Positions 27,243-38,600 of a stretch of DNA of 64,000 nt are shown here, one piece after another. Position numbers and translations under genes: made by a program. Position 1 is the stretch's first letter; each line of letters starts with the position of its first letter. The stretch covers positions 256,001 to 320,000 of the forward strand of contig OY761614.1 in the NCBI GenBank assembly GCA_963664825.1. Direction: 5' to 3'. The stretch comes from an uncultured Holophaga sp. Its GTDB lineage: Bacteria; Acidobacteriota; Holophagae; Holophagales; Holophagaceae. The notes beneath the pieces are model-generated. The model ran no database searches and had not been told where the DNA came from. It saw only the letters and a list, made by a program, of their open reading frames with translations.

Positions 27243-27382
27243 TGTATTGATTCATCCTGGGGCATCCGGGGTCGAGAGACAATCCGCGAAACGCCTCTGT
27301 AAGGCCCGGATCACATACCGGTTTGCCCTTTCCCGACAAGGCACGGCTCGGACCTTGTGGGACACTGGGACCTGGAGTCGAA

Positions 27383-28810
27383 ATGAAGCAGAAGGGCGTT
27401 GAGGTCATCTCGGTATTACCGGAGAGTCTCGCGGAAGAAGCCGGGCTCCGCCCCGGCGACCGGATCCTCCGGATCAATGGCGAACCCGTCCTGGATCAGC
27501 TCAGCTACCAGTTCCTGGTGAGCGCCCGGGACGAAACCGAGCTCAGCTTCGAATCCCAAGGCCAGGTGCGCACAGCCCTGGTGGAAAATGGAGGCGACGC
27601 CCTGGGCGTGGATCTGGCCCAGGACGAGGTGAAGGTCTGCAAACAGAACTGCGTCTTCTGCTTCGTGCAGCAGATGCCCAAGGGATTTCGCAAACCCCTC
27701 TACCTGAAGGACGAGGACATCCGCCTCTCCTTCCTGTACGGCCACTTCAGCACCCTCAGTTCCAGTGATGACGCGGAGCTGGACCGGGTGATCCGGGAGC
27801 GTCTGAGCCCCATCCATGTCTCCGTCCACGCCACCGACCCCGAGGTGCGGGTGCGGATCGTGGGCAATCCCAGGGAGGGCCATATCCTGCGCAAGCTCGA
27901 CCGCCTCCTGGAGGGCGGCGTCCATGTGCACACCCAGGCCGTGCTCGTGCCGGGACTGAATGATGGCGCGGTCTGGGAGAAGACCGTGCGGGAGCTCTGG
28001 GAACGACGTTCCTTCCAGACCAGCGGCCCCTGGGCAGGCAAGGGCGGCGTGCTTTCCCTTTCCTGCGTGCCCGTGGGGCTCACGGCCCACCGGCAGGGCC
28101 TGCCGCAGATCCCCGATGTGGACCCGGATTTCGCCCGGGGGTGGGTGAAGGCATGGGCGCCCCGCGTGCGGCAGGCTTCCCTCGAAAATGACGGCGAGCC
28201 CTGGCTCCTGCTGGCAGACGAGTGGTTCACTCGGGGCGGCCTCCAGGTGCCTGGCCGCGGTTTCTACTCCCGGAGCTGGGCCCAGCTGGAGAATGGTGTC
28301 GGGCTCGTGCGGCGCTTCCTGGACCACTCGGGCCGCTTCCTGCGGAGCCCCAAGGTTCAAGGGTTCAAGGGACGGCGTGTGCTGGTGCTCACCGGGGCCA
28401 GCTTCGCCCCCACCCTGGGACACGTCATCACCCAGCTCAATGGCGCCACGGGCAGCCACCTGCGCACCCAGGCCGTGAGGAATTCCACCTTCGGCGAGAC
28501 AGTGACGGTGGCGGGCCTGCTCTGCGGCCAGGATCTGCTCCAGGCCGCCCTGGCCGATCGCCAGGCCCAGGGCGGCGATCCTGCCTGGGTGGACGCCGTG
28601 ATGATCCCCAGCGCGTCGCTGCGCGCCCACACCGGCCCTACGGATCAGTACACCCTCCCCGGCACCGCGACCGCCCAGCCCGAGACCCTCTTCCTGGACG
28701 ACATGACACTGGCCCAGCTTCAGGAGCAATTGGGCGTGCCCATCGTCCCCAGCGGCGAGAACCTCTCCCAGGCCCTGGATCATCTGCGCGAGGCGGAACG
28801 GGCGTCCTGA
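27383..28810 (+). CDS. PDZ + radical SAM-like DUF512 protein
   Basis: PDZ segment (SLAEEAGLRPGDRILRING), CKQNCVFC, KDEDIRLSFLYG, QLENGVG and VTVAGLL. Confidence 0.9.
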   Translation: MKQKGVEVISVLPESLAEEAGLRPGDRILRINGEPVLDQLSYQFLVSARDETELSFESQGQVRTALVENGGDALGVDLAQDEVKVCKQNCVFCFVQQMPKGFRKPLYLKDEDIRLSFLYGHFSTLSSSDDAELDRVIRERLSPIHVSVHATDPEVRVRIVGNPREGHILRKLDRLLEGGVHVHTQAVLVPGLNDGAVWEKTVRELWERRSFQTSGPWAGKGGVLSLSCVPVGLTAHRQGLPQIPDVDPDFARGWVKAWAPRVRQASLENDGEPWLLLADEWFTRGGLQVPGRGFYSRSWAQLENGVGLVRRFLDHSGRFLRSPKVQGFKGRRVLVLTGASFAPTLGHVITQLNGATGSHLRTQAVRNSTFGETVTVAGLLCGQDLLQAALADRQAQGGDPAWVDAVMIPSASLRAHTGPTDQYTLPGTATAQPETLFLDDMTLAQLQEQLGVPIVPSGENLSQALDHLREAERAS

Positions 28811-28813
28811 TTG

Positions 28814-28841
28814 AAAAAGCCCCCTGCGGATGCAGGGGGCT
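28814..28841 (-). terminator. Intrinsic terminator of the TonB receptor gene
   Basis: aaaa-agccccctgc-ggat-gcagggggct, giving a U-tract on the minus strand. Confidence 0.75.
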
Positions 28842-28863
28842 GAGGGTCTGACAACAGGCTGAA

Positions 28864-31800
28864 TCAGTAGCGGAAGCGCACGCCGAACTGCACTTCGCGG
28901 GTGCTCGTATCCTGCGTGTTCAGGCTACCAAAGGCCGTGTTGGGGACAGGTATCTGAGTCGGCGGAACGGTTGGCGGAGTGACTGCAACCATCTTGAGGG
29001 CCCCGTACTGGTTGGTCGTAAAATTGGCCCAATTGAGCACGTTGAAGATATCGATATTGCCTTCGATCTCAAGCTTGGACCCAAACTTCCAGGCGCGGGT
29101 GAAGCGCAGATTGGAGGACTTGGAAGCTGGCTGACGCTGGCCATTGCGGCCTCCGTAACCGGGCGCATAGTCCGTGAAAGCCCCATCGGTGTTGAGATCC
29201 TGAGCCGTGGTGGCGGAGTATGGAAGGCCGCTCTGGTAGGTGACCATGGCCATGCCCTTGACGCCCCAGATGATGGGGCAGTAGCCCGCGAACACGCCCC
29301 GGAACTTCACGTCATAGTCGCCGGGGGCGTAGTTGGCATGAGGGTCGGCGGGGTTATTGGTGACAGAACCGCCGCTGCCACCGTTATTGGTGACGCGCTC
29401 GTTGGAATTCATGTCCCTGCTGCTGGCGAAGGAGACGCTGCTCTGGAAGCCAAAGCCGTTATCCGACTGGCGGGCGGCCGTGAGGATCAGGGCCTTGTAC
29501 TGGCCGACCCCATCGTTGCGGGAGAGGAACACATCCCCGTAGCCCGTGAAATCCACCCTGCGCCCCCGGACAATGGCGTAGCCGGGACGCGCACTGTTCG
29601 AGAAGGAATTGAACTTGGAGGCGTAACCGTCGTTGTAGACAGCGCCCGAAACCACGACCCCGGAGGCGTCCTTCTGGCCCAGATTGATATTGAGGAAATA
29701 CTGCTCATTCTCGAAGTCCGCATAGGCCACGCGCACGCCCAGCACAAGATCGTTGTCCAGCTTGTGTTCCAGGCCCAGACTCATGCGCTTGGCCAGGGGC
29801 AGCTTGTTATTGGGATCCCAAAGCTGACCCGTGCGGGATGCTGACCCGAGGCTCTGGAGCGTGGCAGTATCCAGGGGCGTTAGGCGGGTACCTCCCGTGC
29901 TGCGGTTGGCGTAGGAGAGCGATCCGGAATTCCAGGCGGTCTGCAGGCCAGCAGTAGAGGCGTTGATGCTGTAGACGCTGATGGTGTTGCCATTGGCCGT
30001 CATGGTATTGGAGACCGTCAGGCTGGTATTGGGGCTGCTGAACCAGCCGTAGCCGCCCCGCAGCAGGGTCTTGCCCTTGCCCGTCAGATCGTAGGTGAAG
30101 CCGAAGCGGGGATCCAGGGAGGTGGTGCTATTGGCGGAATCCGTGCCCGCAAACTGGGCATTGGGAAGGGGATTGGTGGGCTGGCTCTCCCGGGTGAGGC
30201 GCAGGCCCCCCGTGAGGGTCAGGCGATGGTTCAGGAGGCCCGCATACTGGGCCTGGAGGAAGCCCCCCAGCAGGGAGGAATCGTAATTGATCCAGCCGTT
30301 GGTGGGACTGACGGCGCCCTTATAGCTGACGCCCCCCTTGAGGGGCACGGTGCCCTTGGCCCAATTGACGGCCGTAGCGTAATCGCTGAACTGGTAGTAG
30401 CCGACCTCGTACTGGGGGAACTGGTTCTGGAAGCTGAACCACTGCATGTCCACGCCTCCCTTGAGGGTCAGATCGCCCTGGGAGAAGGTGACGGTATCGA
30501 TGAATTGCTTGGTAAATTCGTTGAGATTGCTGGGGGTCGCCCAATACTGGCCCGAGGTGACGGCATTGCTCACCACCAGTTCCGGAGACGCAGAGGAATT
30601 GGGCGTGCGGGGACGGCGTTCGGTGGCGATCTGGGCCCGGGCCTCATTGGTGAGGTTGGCGCTCAGGACGCTGGTCAGTTCTCCCACCCAGGAGATGCTG
30701 CTCAGGTTATCCGTGTAGTTCTCGCTGAGCCCATAGATGCCACCCGGGAAGGACGCATTCTCGTTGGTGAACTTCTGGGTGTTGACCCGGAAATTGAAGC
30801 GGTGGTTCTCGTTGATATTCCAGTCCAAGCGGGCGAAGACCACGGTGTTCTTCTTGTCGTTGGTGTAGCCCAGCCCGTTTTCGTTGGCCACCGTGTGGCC
30901 ATCGGCTCCCACCACGAGCTTGCCGAAATAATCCAGGAATCCGGAGTTCTTGGAGTTCAGGGGATCTGCCGAATTCGCGTTATTCCCGCCGCTATCCAGG
31001 CCCCAGGCCGAGGTGCTGTTCTGGGTGTAGTGGTAGGTCTCCACGCCCACGAAGTAGAAGAGCTTGTCCTTGAGGATGGGACCGCCCACGTTGAAGTTGT
31101 ACTGCTGCTGGGAGAAGTCTCGGGTCCTGGAGGCGGTCGTATTGGTGATGGCGCTCGTGGGCTGGGGCACGGGGCGAATCATCGCCACCAGGCTGGAGGG
31201 CCGGAACTGCACGAGGGCCGAACCGGTGAGTTCGTTGGTGCCCGTCTTGGAGACGGCATTGATCACGCCACCGGCCGCGTCGCCGTACTGGGGGTCGTAG
31301 GCGTCCTGGACGATCTGCAGTTCGCGGATGGTATCCAGGCCGAAGGCGAAGGGAATGGTCGTAGAACCGCGCTGCTCGCCGTAGAAATTGGAATTGAAGC
31401 TGGCCCCATCGATGGTGAGGTTGTTCATGATGCCCCGGGCGCCTTCCATCAACTGGCGCCCCTGGTCCCCGGTCACGGCTCCGGGGGTCATCTTGACCAG
31501 ATCGGTGAAATTGCGGCCATTGAGGGGAATGGCCTGCACCATCTGCTCATCAATAGCCGTGGTGCTGGACACCTGCTGGCTATCCAGGGCCATCTTCGCG
31601 GCCACCACTTCCACCGTGGCACCGGCTTCGGCGCTATCCAGCCTGAAATTGGCCGTGGCGTTCTGTCCCAGGTAGACATGGACGGAAGTGTCCTTGAGGG
31701 TCTTCATGCCCGGTGCAGAAACCGTCACTTCGTAGACACCCACGGGCAGGAGGCTGCAGGCATATTCGCCCCGGCCCGCCGCCGTCTGGGTCCGAGCGAG

Positions 31801-31968
31801 CCCGGTCTCCAGATTGCGCAGCAGGACCTTGGCACCCACCAGGGGCACGCCCCCCTTGCCGGTGATGACACCCCTGATGGCGCCGGAAGTGGAACTGCTC
31901 TGGGCCTGGGCGATGACCACACAGGTCAGGGCAGAGAGGGCGAGAACACCCGATCGCATCACATTCAT
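28864..31968 (-). CDS. Oar-like TonB-dependent receptor with N-terminal carboxypeptidase-regulatory-like domain (copy 1)
   Basis: Signal peptide, GAIRGVI, PLNGRNFTDL, FNVGGPILKDKLFYF, PRFGFTYD and C-terminal REVQFGVRFRY. ATG 31968 follows AGGAG. Confidence 0.92.
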   Translation of the reverse strand: MNVMRSGVLALSALTCVVIAQAQSSSTSGAIRGVITGKGGVPLVGAKVLLRNLETGLARTQTAAGRGEYACSLLPVGVYEVTVSAPGMKTLKDTSVHVYLGQNATANFRLDSAEAGATVEVVAAKMALDSQQVSSTTAIDEQMVQAIPLNGRNFTDLVKMTPGAVTGDQGRQLMEGARGIMNNLTIDGASFNSNFYGEQRGSTTIPFAFGLDTIRELQIVQDAYDPQYGDAAGGVINAVSKTGTNELTGSALVQFRPSSLVAMIRPVPQPTSAITNTTASRTRDFSQQQYNFNVGGPILKDKLFYFVGVETYHYTQNSTSAWGLDSGGNNANSADPLNSKNSGFLDYFGKLVVGADGHTVANENGLGYTNDKKNTVVFARLDWNINENHRFNFRVNTQKFTNENASFPGGIYGLSENYTDNLSSISWVGELTSVLSANLTNEARAQIATERRPRTPNSSASPELVVSNAVTSGQYWATPSNLNEFTKQFIDTVTFSQGDLTLKGGVDMQWFSFQNQFPQYEVGYYQFSDYATAVNWAKGTVPLKGGVSYKGAVSPTNGWINYDSSLLGGFLQAQYAGLLNHRLTLTGGLRLTRESQPTNPLPNAQFAGTDSANSTTSLDPRFGFTYDLTGKGKTLLRGGYGWFSSPNTSLTVSNTMTANGNTISVYSINASTAGLQTAWNSGSLSYANRSTGGTRLTPLDTATLQSLGSASRTGQLWDPNNKLPLAKRMSLGLEHKLDNDLVLGVRVAYADFENEQYFLNINLGQKDASGVVVSGAVYNDGYASKFNSFSNSARPGYAIVRGRRVDFTGYGDVFLSRNDGVGQYKALILTAARQSDNGFGFQSSVSFASSRDMNSNERVTNNGGSGGSVTNNPADPHANYAPGDYDVKFRGVFAGYCPIIWGVKGMAMVTYQSGLPYSATTAQDLNTDGAFTDYAPGYGGRNGQRQPASKSSNLRFTRAWKFGSKLEIEGNIDIFNVLNWANFTTNQYGALKMVAVTPPTVPPTQIPVPNTAFGSLNTQDTSTREVQFGVRFRY

Positions 31969-32041
31969 TGAATGGCTCCTTCGCCCATCTGGGCTAGTGA
32001 AAGGGAAACAAACAGCCAATAAATCCAAACACCACACACGG

Positions 32042-32072
32042 AACAGTCAGGAATTATCCCGCAAACAGTCAA
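32042..32072. promoter_or_regulatory. Direct repeat aacagtca, 22-bp period, upstream of TonB receptor 1
   Basis: aacagtca at 32042 and 32064, plus a variant aacagcca at 32011, in an AT-rich promoter region. Confidence 0.35.
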
Positions 32073-32172
32073 AGAATTTTGTCTCGGCCTAGCTTGGCAC
32101 CACCTGCATCCAAGTCCAAGGAACATTTTGGCGACTTTCAGCATCGCAGCCCCAGGGATTATCACCCCGTAC

Positions 32173-32204
32173 ATGAAGCGCCCCGGCGAACCGGGGCGCT
32201 TCAT
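32173..32204 (-). terminator. Strong hairpin after the Ig/NHL lipoprotein gene
   Basis: atgaagcgccccgg-cgaa-ccggggcgcttcat, a 14-bp stem with a UUCG loop on the minus strand. Confidence 0.7.
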
Positions 32205-32224
32205 TCGTTCCGGCGGAGCCGGGG

Positions 32225-35200
32225 TTACTTGTTGGCGGGAGCTACCAGGGTGTAGACCGTATTCCCGGAAGTCAGGAACAGATCGCCCGTGGCGTTGATA
32301 CCCATCCCCTGGGGGGCAAATACGTAACCGCCGGTCAGGTTAGTAGCATCGCCGCTGGTGCGATCACTGTTCAACAATCCCGTTCGCTGCCCGTAGTAGT
32401 TGGCGACGGTAGTGCTGGTGGCCGCGCCAAGCATGGTGCTCACCGTATTGCTGTTGTTGGTGTCAATGGCACGGATGGCGTTGTTGCCGTTATCCGTGAC
32501 GTAGACATAGCCGTTGGCATCCGCACTGAGGCCCACGGGACGACTGAACGTGGCAGGGCTATCGGTGAAGCCGAGGGTGGTGGTGCCGATAGTGGCAATC
32601 GCGGTTCCACCCGTCAGCGCATACTGCACAACCTGATTGTTGCCAGTGAAAGCCACCCACAGATACTTGGTGCTGCCGGGCTGGATGGCAATGCCCGTAG
32701 GCGTGCCGGAACCACCGGTGACCAGAACACTGCTGGCGTTGCCGTTTGCCAGATCGACAAGGTAGACGTTATTGGCAGCATTGTCCGTGAAGTAGAGGTT
32801 GGTACCATCCACGACCATGCCCAGGACATTCAGGCTGGCAGGATAATTGGTGCCCGAGGTGCCGGAGAGCGCAAAGGCCGTGTCCTCGGTAAAAGTGGAG
32901 GCCCCAGCATCAGGCGTGAAGCGCCGGATCTTCTTGGTGGTGCCGGTATCGGCCACGAAGAGGGCCGTGAGGGCACCCGTTCCATCCACTTGGACGGCGA
33001 TCCCCTTGGGGGCGAGGAAGGCAATGCTCCCCGAGGAATTCGCCAGCGTGGTCACAGTACCGTTTGCGGTGATGATGCGCACCAAATTATTGCCTGTATC
33101 GGCCACGAAGGTCTTGCTGCCATCAGGCAGCACGGCCACATTGGCACCTGTGGTCACACCCGTAGCAAAGTTGTTAGGAGCAGCATTGCTATTCAGCTTG
33201 AACTGAGCGGCGGCACCGACGCCATCCGCATAACCATGGATCCGAGGACCACCGGCAAAGGCATAGTTCTGATTGCTGGGGTTCTCCACCGTGAAGGTGG
33301 TGCCATTCTGGGGGAAGCCGCTGGCGTCCAGGTTGGCGATGGTGACGCAACGCACGGCCTGAGTGTTGAAGGGGGTCGATTCAGCATCCGCGACGTAGAG
33401 CTTGGAATCATCCGCGGAGAGCGCGACTCCATAGGGATAGGCGATGGTGGCGGAAGTGTTGGCAGCGGTAGGCAGAGCACCGTCCAGGGTCTGGACGGCA
33501 TTGAGGTAGCCAGGGGTTTTGGTACCGGCTTTGCCGACCACCGTGATTAGCCCACCCGCGTAGGTTCCGCCCAATGGCACCATGCGCACCGCGGCATTAT
33601 CGCGATCCGAAATGTAGAGGTTGCCCTTGGTGTCCACGGCCAAGGCCTGAGGGGCCGTCATGGCTCCGCTGGTTGCCGCCGTTGCGTGATCCACAAAACC
33701 GGTGGTGCCAGTGCCGGCATAGGCCACCGACGTAGGAGTAGCCGTGCTGAGGTCGACCATGACGACCTTGAGGGTGCTCCCGCCGATATACAGGCGTTTG
33801 CGACCACCATTGAAGTCGGCAGCCATGCACGTCATCTTGCTGACGGCCATCACGGAGCTGAAGTCAGCGGCTTCAGTGGCCGTGGGTGTCGCCACCGTGA
33901 GGTCCATGGTGTAGACCTTGGATGTGTCATAGGTCCCGGCATACAGCACACGATTGCTATCAATGTAGAGGCCGTTGGCATTGTAGGTGAAGTTGGCCAC
34001 GATCCCAGGGGTGTACGAACCATCGCCATTGCGGGTCAGTTTCAGAAGACGTTTGTTCGTATAGCCTTCACCCCCCACATAGACATCGCCCGTCACGGGA
34101 TCCACGGCCAGGGCTCGCGGGGTGAGTAGCGTCGAGGTGTCCGTGTTGGTTCCAACGACACCTGCAACGCCCGCCAGGCCAGCGATGGTGCGGACCTTAC
34201 GATCCGCGCCGATACGGCGGATGGTGTTCGCGCTATAGTCCACCGCGAACATGGCGCCGTTGTCGGCGGAGTAGCCACTCCGCGTCAGGACCTGGGTGCG
34301 GTAGAAACGGGCCGTGGAGATGCCATTGGCATCGGGGTCCCCATCCAGCGTTCCGCGCCCACTGCCATAAGAACCAGCCAGATTGTAAAGGGCACGTGCG
34401 CCGACCTTCACGGTGGCGGTTTCGTTGCCATTGAGATTGGCCCCATAGAGGGTGAACGTCTGACGGCCATAAGGCGTGACCACCTTATTGGAACTTCCCA
34501 GCACGTTGACGGAATCAAGGGTCAGGTCAATCGCGGTGCCGGTATAGGTCCAGCTGAGGGTGGAGGTGGAACCAAGGGGCACAACGGCAGGAGTGGCCTT
34601 AAAGGTCGTGAAATGCACAGGGGCAGCGCCCACCGTGAGATCCGCGGCCTTGGTGACAGCTGCGGCGCCGACCAAGGAGGGTGTGGCCGACAGGGTATAC
34701 GTGGTCGTCACGAGGGGGTTGACGTTGGCCGTGCCGGAGAGCCCAAAGGACGTCGGCAGGCTGGTATCCGCAGGATTTGCGGTGATGGTGACGGCATTGA
34801 AGAGGTTAGCAACGCTCGTCACATCCCACGTAAGCGTGGCCCCCGCGCCCTGGGTGATGGAACTGGGGTTCACAGTGAAACTGATGGGTGTCGCCGCCAC
34901 GGCGATCTTGATGTCGTGTGTGTTGGAGCCCACCGAATTGGTGGCCTTGATTGTATAGGTGGTTTGAGCGCTCGTGATGGTGGGTGTGCCCGTGATGGCG
35001 CCCGTGGCAGCACTCAAACTAAGCCCAGTGGGAAGGGCGGGAGACCCGTCCCCCATGGTGTAGGTAATGGGTGTGGTACCCGTCGCGGTGGGCGTATTGT
35101 CTGGAATCTTGACGCCCTCATAGTAGGTGGCGTCCTCGTTGCTGTAGCTCTGGAGAGCCGGGGCCGTCTTCACGTTGACCGTGACCTGGGCCGGACTGGA

Positions 35201-35602
35201 AGCCCCGGTGGCAGTAACCACGGTGGAGGTCTTGGCGCCGACCCCATTGGTCACAGTGAGCGTGTAGGTGGCCGTCGCGGTGACGACAACGGGCGTCGCC
35301 GTATTCGGGTTCAGCACGATATTGCCCGGCATCACCACGGCGCTACCGCCCGTGGTGGAGAAGGCCGCCTTCAGGTAGATCGTGCTTCCAGCGACGGCAT
35401 CGATGGTCGTGACTGGGGCAGGAGATTTTCCAAACTTGGCATCCGCGCAAGCCATGAATGACGAGATCGTGGGTACGGCATTGGTGGCCTTGTCCTGATC
35501 CTTGCCGCCGCAGGCGAGCTGGAAAGGCAGGACACCCACGGCAAGGCTCATGCATAGGGCCGTGAGGATCGGGGCGACCCGACGGGTGGTGATTCGGTTC
35601 AT
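32225..35602 (-). CDS. Large surface lipoprotein with Ig-like (He_PIG/PKD-like) domains and NHL beta-propeller repeats
   Basis: Lipobox LAC-GG; LPTGLSLSAATGAITGTP; repeated P.(G/A)(L/I)AVD..G.(L/V)Y(V/I)(A/S)D..N..(V/I)R units; very Thr/Ala-rich. Confidence 0.85.
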   Translation of the reverse strand: MNRITTRRVAPILTALCMSLAVGVLPFQLACGGKDQDKATNAVPTISSFMACADAKFGKSPAPVTTIDAVAGSTIYLKAAFSTTGGSAVVMPGNIVLNPNTATPVVVTATATYTLTVTNGVGAKTSTVVTATGASSPAQVTVNVKTAPALQSYSNEDATYYEGVKIPDNTPTATGTTPITYTMGDGSPALPTGLSLSAATGAITGTPTITSAQTTYTIKATNSVGSNTHDIKIAVAATPISFTVNPSSITQGAGATLTWDVTSVANLFNAVTITANPADTSLPTSFGLSGTANVNPLVTTTYTLSATPSLVGAAAVTKAADLTVGAAPVHFTTFKATPAVVPLGSTSTLSWTYTGTAIDLTLDSVNVLGSSNKVVTPYGRQTFTLYGANLNGNETATVKVGARALYNLAGSYGSGRGTLDGDPDANGISTARFYRTQVLTRSGYSADNGAMFAVDYSANTIRRIGADRKVRTIAGLAGVAGVVGTNTDTSTLLTPRALAVDPVTGDVYVGGEGYTNKRLLKLTRNGDGSYTPGIVANFTYNANGLYIDSNRVLYAGTYDTSKVYTMDLTVATPTATEAADFSSVMAVSKMTCMAADFNGGRKRLYIGGSTLKVVMVDLSTATPTSVAYAGTGTTGFVDHATAATSGAMTAPQALAVDTKGNLYISDRDNAAVRMVPLGGTYAGGLITVVGKAGTKTPGYLNAVQTLDGALPTAANTSATIAYPYGVALSADDSKLYVADAESTPFNTQAVRCVTIANLDASGFPQNGTTFTVENPSNQNYAFAGGPRIHGYADGVGAAAQFKLNSNAAPNNFATGVTTGANVAVLPDGSKTFVADTGNNLVRIITANGTVTTLANSSGSIAFLAPKGIAVQVDGTGALTALFVADTGTTKKIRRFTPDAGASTFTEDTAFALSGTSGTNYPASLNVLGMVVDGTNLYFTDNAANNVYLVDLANGNASSVLVTGGSGTPTGIAIQPGSTKYLWVAFTGNNQVVQYALTGGTAIATIGTTTLGFTDSPATFSRPVGLSADANGYVYVTDNGNNAIRAIDTNNSNTVSTMLGAATSTTVANYYGQRTGLLNSDRTSGDATNLTGGYVFAPQGMGINATGDLFLTSGNTVYTLVAPANK

Positions 35603-35653
35603 GCTTCCTCCGAGGGAATCAGATGCGAAATGATGATTTTTCATGACGGGATC

Positions 35654-38600
35654 CTAGAAACGCGCCTTGAGCGTGAACTGGACCTCACGGGTATGGTCGT
35701 CGTTGACGTTGATCATGCCGTAGTTGGCATTGGGAATTGTCGATGCAGCATTGGTGTAATAGGCCGTGTAGCCTGTGGTCTGGTTCGCCCAGTTGAGGAC
35801 GTTGTAGACATCGATGATGCCTTCCAGGCGGAGGCTCTTCATGATCCGGAAGTCCCGGGAGAGGCGCATATCGAAGGTCTTGCGGCAGGGCTGCCGCTGG
35901 CCATTGCGCCACCCCATGGATTCCACAACATCATTCTTCAGGCCATCACCGTTGGTATCGTTGGTGTACTTGGCCGAATAAGGATAGCCCTTGGAGTAGG
36001 TGACCGTGCCGGAGAGCTTGAAGCCGTAGATCTTGGGCGCATACCCCGTGAAGAGGGCCCGGAAGGGCACATTGTTGTCGCTGATGGACATGCGGTAGGG
36101 GTTGGAGGGATCGATGGGATTGGCATCCAGGGTCGCCTGGGTGGAGCGCTCATTGGAATTGTTGTCCTCGGACTTGGAGAAGGTGAGGCTGGATTTGAAC
36201 CCGAAACCATTCTCGCTGCGACGATCCGCCGTCAGGACCAAGCCCTTGTAGCGCCCCTCACCATCATACTTGGAGAGGTAGACGCCGCCGAAACCACTCA
36301 GATCCAGCGTCCGGCCCCGCACGATGGCGACACCCGGACGGTCCGCTGTAGCGACACTGAAGTTATTGTTGTTGTATGAATAACCATCGTTGTAGATGGA
36401 ACCACCAACCTGCTTCATGTTGATGTCCATCCAATACTGGGTGTGGTAGAAGTGCTTGTATGTGCCTCGAATGCCCAGGACGAGGCCGTGGCCCATGTCC
36501 TGTTCCATGCCCAGGGTGACCACCTTGGACTGGGCCATGCGGGCCTGGGGATCGATGATGCCGAGCTGGAGCGTGCTGGTGGGCAGGCTCGCGAGTTCGG
36601 CTGAGGTCAGGGGTTTGACGGAGTTATTGACGATGCGCCCCGCATAGGCGCTATTGAGCAAAGCGCCATCCGCGAAGAGTGTTGGGTTGAGGGCGTAGGT
36701 GGCCTTGTAGGTCTTGGTGTTGATGCCGTTGTTCGTGATGGCCGATGCGGCATTCTGGCCAGGATTGGAGGTGCTGAAGCAGCCGTAGCCGCCCCGGATG
36801 ACAGTCTTGCTATTGCCGAAGAGATCGAAGGTGAAACCGAAGCGGGGATCCAGGCTCCCGCTATCGGGCATGTGATCCAGGTTCTGGAGGATCGGGTTCG
36901 AGTAGGGGTTGTCCTCCCACATCTCCCGCGTGTAGCGCATGCCGAGGCTCAGGGTCAGGCGCTTATCCAGGAGGCCCGAATACTGGGCCTGCAGGTATCC
37001 ACCGAAGAGTTTCTCGTTGAACTTGACGTGTCCGCCAAAGCGGGACCATCCCTGCGTGTATTCGGCGGTATCACCCGTTGTAAGGGTATCGGTCCACCAA
37101 TGATTGGCGCCTGCGAGATTGAAGTACCAGGAACCGCCCCGGGAGGCGAGATAATCATTGGTCATATCGATGGACTGGAGGTCGACGCCCCCCTTGAACA
37201 TCCAATCGCCCGTCATGAAACTAACGTTGTCGATGAACTGATTGAGATTTTCCTTGGTGCGGGCGGGGGCACTGGAATACTGGCCAGCGTAGAGCCCGGT
37301 GACACTGACAGCCGTACTGATGGTGCTGTTGGGCGTGACGGGGCGGTCCTCGGTGGAGAACTGGATGCGAGCCTCGTTCACGAGATTGCCCGTGAGGGCC
37401 GACGTGAGTTCAAGCACCACCGAAGTGTTCTTGATCTCGTAGCCGTTATTATTGGACTCGGCCTCGTTGTTCTTGACGCTGCGGTTCCAGGTATCGTTAT
37501 CGCCCTTGTAAGTCTGGTTGTTCAGGCGCAGGGTCATACGGTGGTTGGAGTTGATGGTCCAGTCCAAACGTCCCAGGAAGGCGAGGTTGTGGAAAGAATC
37601 ATTCCACGGACTCGTGCTTTCCTGAGCTATGGTCTTCCCGCTGTTGGAGGTGATGAGGATATTGCCCATGCCCGGCGCACCCGTCGGATTGCCCTGCCCC
37701 TTGATCCCCCAGAACATATTGTAATTATCGAGGCTGTCCGAGGACGTGTTGATACCAACGGAGGGCTGGCTCCTCTGGCTGTACTTCATGTACTCCGCGT
37801 TGACGAAGTAGTGAAGCTTGTCCTTGATGATGGGGCCGCCCACATTGAAGGCGTACTGGGACTGGGAGAATTCCCGAGTCTGGACGGAGGGGATATTGAT
37901 CTTCCCATCAGGATCGTAGGGAACGGGCCTGAGATTCGCGAGGAGGGAATTCGGACGCATCAGCCACATGGCCATGCCCTGCACCTCGTTGGTGCCGGAT
38001 TTGGTGACGGCGTTCACCACGACGCCAGAGGCATCGCCGTACTGGGCGTCGAAGGCGTTGGAGATGATCTGGAGTTCCCGGATGGAATCCTGACCGAAGG
38101 AGTAGGGCACACGGGTGCCGCCACGATTCTCGGCGTTGAACTTGTTGTTGTAGCTGGCGCCATCGATCTGGAGGTTGTTGTAGACGCCACGGGCGCCCTC
38201 AACCACAGTGCGGTAGGCGTTCGTGCCGCCCGCCGTCGCACCAGGGGTCAACTGGACCAGATCCGTGAAGTTGCGCCCGTTGATGGGCACGGCTTCCACC
38301 AGTTCCTGGGTGATGGCGGTGGCAGTATTCAGCTGTGTGGAATCCACGTTTGAACTTTCGGCCACCACCTCAATCACGGCAGAGGCTTCGGCGGAGTCCA
38401 GCATGAAGTTCTGGGTTGCGGTCTCCCCTAGGCTTACCCGGAGGTTGCCGTTCTTGCCGGTCTTGAGGCCAGTGGCCGTGGCGATGAGTTCATAGTTGCC
38501 CACCGGCAGGTAGCTGAAGCTGAAGACGCCCTTGGCATCGGCAACCACCGTGCGCGCAAATCCCGTTTCGGGATTGCGCAGGATCAGCTTGGCACCTGCG

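Noticed and set aside
32094..32108. Sigma-54 promoter (TTGGCAC...TGCA)
   Set aside because: The GG-to-GC spacing is 8 rather than 10 nt, and it points away from the adjacent gene.
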